DNA from: Candidatus Borrarchaeum weybense
GTDB taxonomy: Archaea > Asgardarchaeota > Sifarchaeia > Borrarchaeales > Borrarchaeaceae
Direction: 5' to 3'
Assembly: GCA_019057385.1 (NCBI GenBank)
Contig: JAHQJS010000007.1
Coordinates: 32,001-96,000, forward strand
Length of the DNA stretch: 64,000 nt
The translations under genes were made by a program, and so were the position numbers. The notes beneath the pieces are model-generated. The model was not told where the DNA came from, searched no databases, and saw nothing but the letters and a program-made list of their open reading frames with translations. The stretch's first letter is position 1. Each line of letters starts with the position of its first letter. This document shows, one piece after another, positions 58,172 through 64,000 of this stretch.

Positions 58172-58551
58172 AATATAATCAAATTCTGCTTTGCAAATTT
58201 GTTTTTTACTTAATTGAATCAATTAAAGGTGTTTTCTTGATTTGGTATAATGTCTCGTTTAATGAAAATACAGTTTTTTTAGATGTTAATCCGCCTGATG
58301 GCGAAGAATGGAAAGCTCAATTTCAATGGAACGATATAATTCGCGTATGTTTCCAAGTAGGGGATCTTTGGGAGTCGGATGACATCTATATTTTCACTAA
58401 CAAGCGGCCAGAAAGTTATGTTATTCCAACCGAAGCTAACGGAAGTCCTGAATGTTGGGGCGAGATAATTCGCAGGGATTTATTTGACGCGGAGTTGGCA
58501 ATTAAGATTGCCTCTGCCACCGAGGGACTTTATTGCTGGCCAGAAGATTGA
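58168..58551 (+). CDS. Conserved-looking hypothetical protein (true start probably downstream, near IWYNVSF)
   Basis: WNDIIRVCF...SDDIYIFT...RPESYVIPTEA...CWP. Confidence 0.65.
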   Translation: MKYNQILLCKFVFYLIESIKGVFLIWYNVSFNENTVFLDVNPPDGEEWKAQFQWNDIIRVCFQVGDLWESDDIYIFTNKRPESYVIPTEANGSPECWGEIIRRDLFDAELAIKIASATEGLYCWPED

Positions 58552-58584
58552 TAAAAGATTTACATGACCACGAGAATACTTTAT

Positions 58585-58630
58585 CTAACCTCTGCAAGAA
58601 GACTCCATCCGTCAGGGTGGGGTAATTGAC
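58585..58630 (+). mobile_element. 46-bp single-hairpin IS605-type element inserted at a stop codon
   Basis: TTTAT (58580-58584), then CAAGAAGAC as in the left end, hairpin ACTCCATCC/GGGTGGGGT, and AATTGAC. Confidence 0.7.
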
Positions 58631-60777
58631 TTAATATGTCTAACGTCTTTTCCTTTATATACAGCTTGTTTAAATACAATCATTCGCATAGGAGATTGTG
58701 TCTGGACTTCTTCAAAATAATGTGCTGCAAGCCCGACCATTCTACCGAAAATAAAAATAACTTTGGCTAATAGCGGAGATAATTTCATATCAGCAGTAAT
58801 TGCTCCTATTACTCCATCCACATTAATAGGTAAACTCATGCCTTTAACTCTATGAAAGATTTTAGGAAGCATTTTAGATAACTCTACACATTCCTTTGCT
58901 TCCTTAGCGTCTTCTGATAATTTCCAGAGAATGTCTCGACGAGGATCTTTGGTGTGTATTCTATGACCTAATCCTTGAATACGTTTACCAGAACGACTGA
59001 TTTTATCTACCACTTCAAATGCGGATTCTTCTAATGTAAAGTTCTTTTCTTTTGAATTTTTAATTATGTCCAAAAAGAATTCTGCCGCTTTAGCACCTGC
59101 ACCTCCATGAACATCCGTTATTGCCTGAACTCCGCCTGCTAAAGCAACTTCAAATGAGGTTCTAGAAGAAGCTAACAAAAGAGTTGTTTGAGCAGAAGGA
59201 GGCGTAACTCCATGATCAACACATGCAGAAATCATAGCCTCTAGCAATCTAACTTTCCTAGGGTCGGGATTTTCTTCACCAACAAACGCACGATAAATTG
59301 CATTTGAAAATGGTGAATTTTCTGGAAGATTGTCTAGAAATCTATGATTTCCAAATACTAATGCGAAATATTTTGTTACGCGACCTAAAGTATAGATTAG
59401 TTTGTTAATGGGTTGTAATTTTCGAATTTCCTCCATCAGCAGTCTGTCATCTAACAAGAGATACGTTCCAATAGTTTTAGAGATATCTTGAGAGCTTGGT
59501 TCTATGGTTAGATTGATTACGGGAAAGTCATCTCTGATTGCTCGTAAAGCTAACTTTTCAAGTTCTGTAAGCTCAGTTGACTTAGGGAATTCTCCTTGAA
59601 TAACAAGGAATGCAATTTCAAGCAGATTTTTCTTTTCTATTAACTCCTGGAGAGGATACCCCCTTATAAGCAAATTATTTGGAACAACTTTCGTAATAAG
59701 AGTGCCCCATGTTGGTTCAGGTGGTTTAGCGCCCCATATTTGTTGCATTCGTTTATAATAATCCTCGACTCGAAAATAACGTCTATTATTTAGAAGTCGT
59801 TTAACTTCTTGAATTAAATCCCTTTGAGAATTAACTACTACTACTCCTGCTCTTTCTAAACTTGTTTTTTTGGATTCATAGGTGCCATAACTTTGTCCTG
59901 GAGCGACAACAGCACCCGCATGACCCATTGTTTTACCTGCAGGGGCATTAGCACCTGATATTAGAGCTACTAAAGGTTTTATGTAGTTTTCAGGATTTTG
60001 CTGAATATCTTGGGCTAAAGATTCTTCTTGCATTCCTCCAATTTCGCCCGCGATTACTACTAAATCTGTGTTTTTATAATTCATAATTAATTGAACAAGA
60101 TCAATAAAACGAGAACCAATAGCACCATCGCCACCAATTCCCAAGACTGCGTTTTGAGCTATGCCAGCGCTGGATAATGCATCAGATAGATGATAAAGAA
60201 TCGCACCGCTTCTTGAAATTACTGTCACGCCTTTTGGTCCAGCTTGACCAAGTTTAACTTCTTCAGGATGAAAAATATCTGGTAACATGCCCACTTTTAT
60301 TCCTTCAGGAGGAAATATGATACCTGGAGTATTGCCTCCGAACAAAATAGTATTATGTTTTCGAACCGCTACTAGTATGTCCCTTACATCCCGTAATGGA
60401 ATCCCTTCGGTGATTAACACGACAATTGGGATTCCTGCTTCTATGGCTTCAATTGTAGCATCTTTTGCAGTGGAGTAATGACGCCAGATGCTAGCTACTG
60501 CAATGTTCGGATGAGATTTTAACGCTTCCTTAGCCGTTTCATACACAGGAATAGTCTCATGAACTCTTGTGCCGCCTTTCCCAGGAGCGACACCACAAGT
60601 AATTGTTGTACCGTAATCATGCATTAACTTAGCATGGCGAGTTCCCTGTCGTCCAAGTCCCACGATCACAGTTTCTATTGTTTTAGTTTGGGAAATATGT
60701 TCTGCTAAGTCGGGACGGATACCTTTAATCAAATAATATAATAATCCTTGATCAGGGGCTATTCGCTTTAAACTCAT
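58612..60777 (-). CDS. SucD-like CoA-ligase alpha domain fused to citryl-CoA lyase/citrate-synthase-like domain (ATP-citrate lyase alpha-type)
   Basis: GVAPGKGG, ITEGIP, GGNTPG, SRSG, GEIGG, phospho-His MGHAGA; then DHGVTPPS, HGGAG, GLGHRIHTKDPR, PINVDG. Confidence 0.88.
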   Translation of the reverse strand: MSLKRIAPDQGLLYYLIKGIRPDLAEHISQTKTIETVIVGLGRQGTRHAKLMHDYGTTITCGVAPGKGGTRVHETIPVYETAKEALKSHPNIAVASIWRHYSTAKDATIEAIEAGIPIVVLITEGIPLRDVRDILVAVRKHNTILFGGNTPGIIFPPEGIKVGMLPDIFHPEEVKLGQAGPKGVTVISRSGAILYHLSDALSSAGIAQNAVLGIGGDGAIGSRFIDLVQLIMNYKNTDLVVIAGEIGGMQEESLAQDIQQNPENYIKPLVALISGANAPAGKTMGHAGAVVAPGQSYGTYESKKTSLERAGVVVVNSQRDLIQEVKRLLNNRRYFRVEDYYKRMQQIWGAKPPEPTWGTLITKVVPNNLLIRGYPLQELIEKKNLLEIAFLVIQGEFPKSTELTELEKLALRAIRDDFPVINLTIEPSSQDISKTIGTYLLLDDRLLMEEIRKLQPINKLIYTLGRVTKYFALVFGNHRFLDNLPENSPFSNAIYRAFVGEENPDPRKVRLLEAMISACVDHGVTPPSAQTTLLLASSRTSFEVALAGGVQAITDVHGGAGAKAAEFFLDIIKNSKEKNFTLEESAFEVVDKISRSGKRIQGLGHRIHTKDPRRDILWKLSEDAKEAKECVELSKMLPKIFHRVKGMSLPINVDGVIGAITADMKLSPLLAKVIFIFGRMVGLAAHYFEEVQTQSPMRMIVFKQAVYKGKDVRHIKSITPP

Positions 60778-62087
60778 TATGGTTCCTTCTCTTGTTTGAC
60801 CTGAAGTCTAAACCACTCAATACCGTCTTTTATGATATCGGCCATAATTTTTTGATTTCCGACAACAATATGTAGATATTTCAGGGGTTCAGGGGTCTCT
60901 TTTTTTGCTTTTTCTAAATAGACACGTGCATTCGGTAAATCTGTTCCGACCATTCGCCCGTACACAGGAACCATTCGTTGTTCAGCTGCAAATCTGTCAC
61001 GAAGTGCTTTAATCAGACCACGTATGAAAATATCACAACTGCTGATTCCACCGAAACGTGAAGTAATAATTAAGTCAGGAACAGGATGATCCATAAGCAG
61101 ATGAAACATTTTTGCAACTGTAGAAAGTCTTGGACCACCACCTGAATCCATGAAGTTAATAGGTACTACTCTTCCATCAAAGTATTTTTTTCCTACATTT
61201 ACAACTTCATCAATGGAAAAGATCCCATATCCCGCCCCTCCAGGAACTAATCCAACATATAATTTTTCTGGATCTTTTTCAAACTTTTCAGGTTCGGGAA
61301 GAAGATCTAAATAACCAATAATCCCTGCTTTATGTGCACGTGCTTCAAATCTTGTTTGTTCAGCAACATCGTGTCTTTTACTTTCAGGATCAATTCCAAG
61401 CCTAGAAAGCAAGACACTTTGGCGATACAAGGCATTATCATCCAATACAATTTTTGCATCCACAGCAATTAGTTTTGAATCATCTGAAACGATTAAGGGA
61501 TTTATTTCACAAACTTTCGTATCATATTTCTGAAAAGTAGTATATAGGTTTGAAATAACCGATTGTAGTTTCTCCTTAACGTTATTTAATTGCGGAAATT
61601 GAGAAATAAGAAACGCAGTGGCATCAATTACAATATTTTCAGGAAGAAAAACAGGATTATCTGGTAAAGATTTTTTCCATATGGCATCTGGATTACTTTT
61701 GGCAACCTCCTCAATATCTATTCCCCCTAAAGCCGAGGTTATTAGAACAACATCAAAAGAAATAGGATCTGTAGTAACGCCTAAGTAAATCTCTCCTTGA
61801 ATATCAATCGCTTCTTCAAGCAAAACCTTATTAACAGGATATCCATGGATTTTAAGTCTTAGGAGATCATTAACTGCAATTTTTGCTTCATTCAAATCAT
61901 TGATTTTCTTGATGCCTCCAGCTTTGCCCCTCCCTCCTATTAATGCCATAGCTTTGCCCATTATTGGAAAATTAAGCTGACTAATTTTTTCAACTTCTTC
62001 CGGAGATTGAATTGTTCCGAATTGACGTGGGATTGGTATATCTTCATGTTCAAATATTTTTTTGGCTTCATATTCGTACAGGCGCAA
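60777..62087 (-). CDS. SucC-like ATP-grasp CoA-ligase beta subunit (ATP-citrate lyase beta-type)
   Basis: MRLYEYEAK, GGRGKAGG, GGIDIEE, EINPL, VDAK; overlaps the downstream gene. Confidence 0.88.
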   Translation of the reverse strand: MRLYEYEAKKIFEHEDIPIPRQFGTIQSPEEVEKISQLNFPIMGKAMALIGGRGKAGGIKKINDLNEAKIAVNDLLRLKIHGYPVNKVLLEEAIDIQGEIYLGVTTDPISFDVVLITSALGGIDIEEVAKSNPDAIWKKSLPDNPVFLPENIVIDATAFLISQFPQLNNVKEKLQSVISNLYTTFQKYDTKVCEINPLIVSDDSKLIAVDAKIVLDDNALYRQSVLLSRLGIDPESKRHDVAEQTRFEARAHKAGIIGYLDLLPEPEKFEKDPEKLYVGLVPGGAGYGIFSIDEVVNVGKKYFDGRVVPINFMDSGGGPRLSTVAKMFHLLMDHPVPDLIITSRFGGISSCDIFIRGLIKALRDRFAAEQRMVPVYGRMVGTDLPNARVYLEKAKKETPEPLKYLHIVVGNQKIMADIIKDGIEWFRLQVKQEKEP

Positions 62088-62248
62088 AAACGCTCCCCCT
62101 AAAAATCATGTGGAGCCTAACTCAACTAAAATTTAGTATACTCTTCTCTAATTAATAACTGTTTAGTTTTTAATGGATTTCCGAAGTTCTAAGACCGAAT
62201 TACGAAGTTTCAAGTGCGATTTAAACATTAGAATGATATCAATGATCA

Positions 62249-63382
62249 TTATGACTTCTCAATCCTACTACAAATAGCATCTGCCATTCCCGTCGTTGAA
62301 GTGTTTCCTCCCATATCATACGTTCTTGCGTTTCCTTCTTTAATCACTTCTGCGACTGCCTGCTCAACTTGTTGAGCCATTTCCTTTTCATTCAACCAGT
62401 CAAGCATCATTTTTGCAGCTAAAATTGTAGCAATGGGATTTACTTTGTTTTGACCGACATATTTAGGTGCTGAACCATGAGTAGGCTCAAAAACAGCCAT
62501 GTTATCTCCTATATTTCCTGAACGGGCAAATCCTAATCCGCCAACCAATTGCGCTGCTTCGTCAGAAATGATGTCTCCAAACATATTGGAGGTGACCAGC
62601 AAACCATAATCCTGAGGATTTTTTATCAACCACATTGCCATTGCGTCAATATTAGTTTCCCACAATTCAAGAGAAGGATAATTTTTAATTAGTGTACGTG
62701 CTTCCCGAACCATCAATCCGCTGGTTTCACGTATGACATTTGGCTTTTCAACAACTGTAACTGTCTTATAGCCAAATTCATTTGCATATTCCATACTAGC
62801 TTTCAATATCCGTTTAACACCCTTTCGTGTAAAAATTCGTGTTGAGATAGCCAAATCTTCTAATGCAAAATCCCCAAATCTTTTAGCTCTTGGATGATTT
62901 TCTATAAACGCTTTCATAACAGCTTCTGGCACTGGATGCCATTCAACGCCAGAATACAGCCCCTCAGTGTTTTCACGAAAAACTACCAAATCGATATCAT
63001 CACGATAATTTAGAGGATTTCCAAGATAGGCTTTGCACGGACGTAAATTAATATAAAGATCAAACAATTGACGTAATTTAACAATGGGGCTAAAATAGAT
63101 CAAACCTTTGTTTTTAAATCTAGGATCGAGTTCTGCATCCGCTTCTTCCTTGGGTTTTGAAGTAATGGCTCCAAATAGAGCACAATTAGATTCTTTGAGA
63201 AGGTCAATTGTTCTATCAGGTAAAGGATTTCCCTCAGTCTTCCAAAATTCCCAACCAATATCCCCGTATAGATATTCAACTTGATTACTAAACCCTACAG
63301 TATCAAGGACTTTAATTGCAGCATCTACAACATCAACACCAATTCCATCCCCAGGAAGTACACAGATTTTATAATTAGACAT
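62249..63382 (-). CDS. Isocitrate/isopropylmalate dehydrogenase-family enzyme
   Basis: LPGDGIG, RENTEGLY, NMFGDIISD, FEPTHGSAPK, NPIATIL. Confidence 0.93.
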   Translation of the reverse strand: MSNYKICVLPGDGIGVDVVDAAIKVLDTVGFSNQVEYLYGDIGWEFWKTEGNPLPDRTIDLLKESNCALFGAITSKPKEEADAELDPRFKNKGLIYFSPIVKLRQLFDLYINLRPCKAYLGNPLNYRDDIDLVVFRENTEGLYSGVEWHPVPEAVMKAFIENHPRAKRFGDFALEDLAISTRIFTRKGVKRILKASMEYANEFGYKTVTVVEKPNVIRETSGLMVREARTLIKNYPSLELWETNIDAMAMWLIKNPQDYGLLVTSNMFGDIISDEAAQLVGGLGFARSGNIGDNMAVFEPTHGSAPKYVGQNKVNPIATILAAKMMLDWLNEKEMAQQVEQAVAEVIKEGNARTYDMGGNTSTTGMADAICSRIEKS

Positions 63383-63519
63383 AACGTTACACCATTTTCT
63401 GAGTTTTGTGAAGTTTTATTTATTGGAAATAAGATACAACTTGAATAGATTTTTGAATTTATATGAATAGAAGATAATTTATAAGTCTTAAAAAATTGTC
63501 CTTTTATGGGGGCTTTTAT

Positions 63520-64000
63520 TTGATTAATTTGACGAAAAATGAAGAACAACTTGAAAGAACCATACAAAGATGTAGAGAACGCAAGATAATAATCCCGACC
63601 TTCGCTCAGTTGAAGAATCCCGAAACTACTCCTCAAAAAATAAAAGAAGAGTTGAAAGCTCTCGAACTCTGGGAGATTGCTCCTCAGAATCTCTTTCGAA
63701 TCACGTGGAAAAACGAACCAGTTGACACAGGTGGACTCTTTCAATCTCTTCCAAACTACATAGAGTTACCCCCAGAACTTACGGGCGTGGAATCCCGGAT
63801 TATTGCATTGATTGGTAAATGGTTCCCTACTGGAGCACACAAAGTTGGAGCAACATTCGGCTGTCTTGTTCCTCCTCTAGTTACAGGACAATTCGATCCT
63901 ACGAAACATAAAGCTGTCTGGCCCAGTACAGGCAACTACTGTAGGGGTGGTGCTTACGATGCAACGTTGCTGGCATGTGAAAGCATTGCCATTCTGCCAG
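63520..64000 (+). CDS. PLP-dependent fold-type II enzyme (cysteine synthase/threonine dehydratase superfamily), 5' part only
   Basis: My translation from TTG 63520: MINLTKNEEQLERTIQRCRERKIIIPTF...GKWFPTGAHKVGA...WPSTGNYCRGGA; open to the window end and missed by the ORF track. Confidence 0.85.
   Translation, partial: MINLTKNEEQLERTIQRCRERKIIIPTFAQLKNPETTPQKIKEELKALELWEIAPQNLFRITWKNEPVDTGGLFQSLPNYIELPPELTGVESRIIALIGKWFPTGAHKVGATFGCLVPPLVTGQFDPTKHKAVWPSTGNYCRGGAYDATLLACESIAILP

Noticed and set aside
63325-63744. 139-aa minus-strand ORF
   Set aside because: It is antisense to the PLP-enzyme gene starting at 63520 and overlaps the dehydrogenase start.

Overview
AT-rich archaeal genomic window, most consistent with an Asgard archaeon: it has ribosomal protein eS26, an Arf-like small GTPase, a TFB paralog, F420-related genes, and ankyrin, LRR and SNAP-like repeat proteins. 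I found no rRNA, tRNA or CRISPR array. (1) About 1-18.9 kb is an unusual cluster. It holds a giant Ig-repeat surface protein (missed by the ORF track because it runs off the window) and a Hef/FANCM-type helicase with eroded motifs. A tightly coupled minus-strand operon encodes a small protein, an M50-like membrane protein, a 1417-aa membrane-anchored HerA/VirB4-like pseudo-ATPase with wHTH and HEPN-like domains, a PD-(D/E)xK plus HEPN-like protein and an exported membrane-anchored protein. Next to it are an ArsR regulator, a TFB paralog with a winged helix inserted in its second cyclin repeat, a YdjM-like protein, an Mrr-like nuclease and a RadB-like ATPase. I propose this as a candidate DNA-transfer or DNA-damage module. 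(2) An IS200/IS605 TnpB family is present at three sizes: a full tnpB element (49326-50682), two ~257-bp ORF-less cassettes that keep a promoter and the omegaRNA scaffold with different guides (26351-26608, 34014-34269), and ~45-bp single-hairpin elements (58585-58630, 45495-45538). Four of the five copies follow TTTAT, and two sit exactly on host stop codons. (3) A ~70-nt candidate sRNA between two divergent helicase genes has a loop that mimics the 16S rRNA anti-Shine-Dalgarno tail. The rest is mostly housekeeping: Ski2-like and XPD helicases, radical SAM enzymes, methyltransferases, HADs, ferredoxins, and an ATP-citrate-lyase-like pair next to an isocitrate/isopropylmalate dehydrogenase. 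All family calls are from motif recognition by eye, not database searches.
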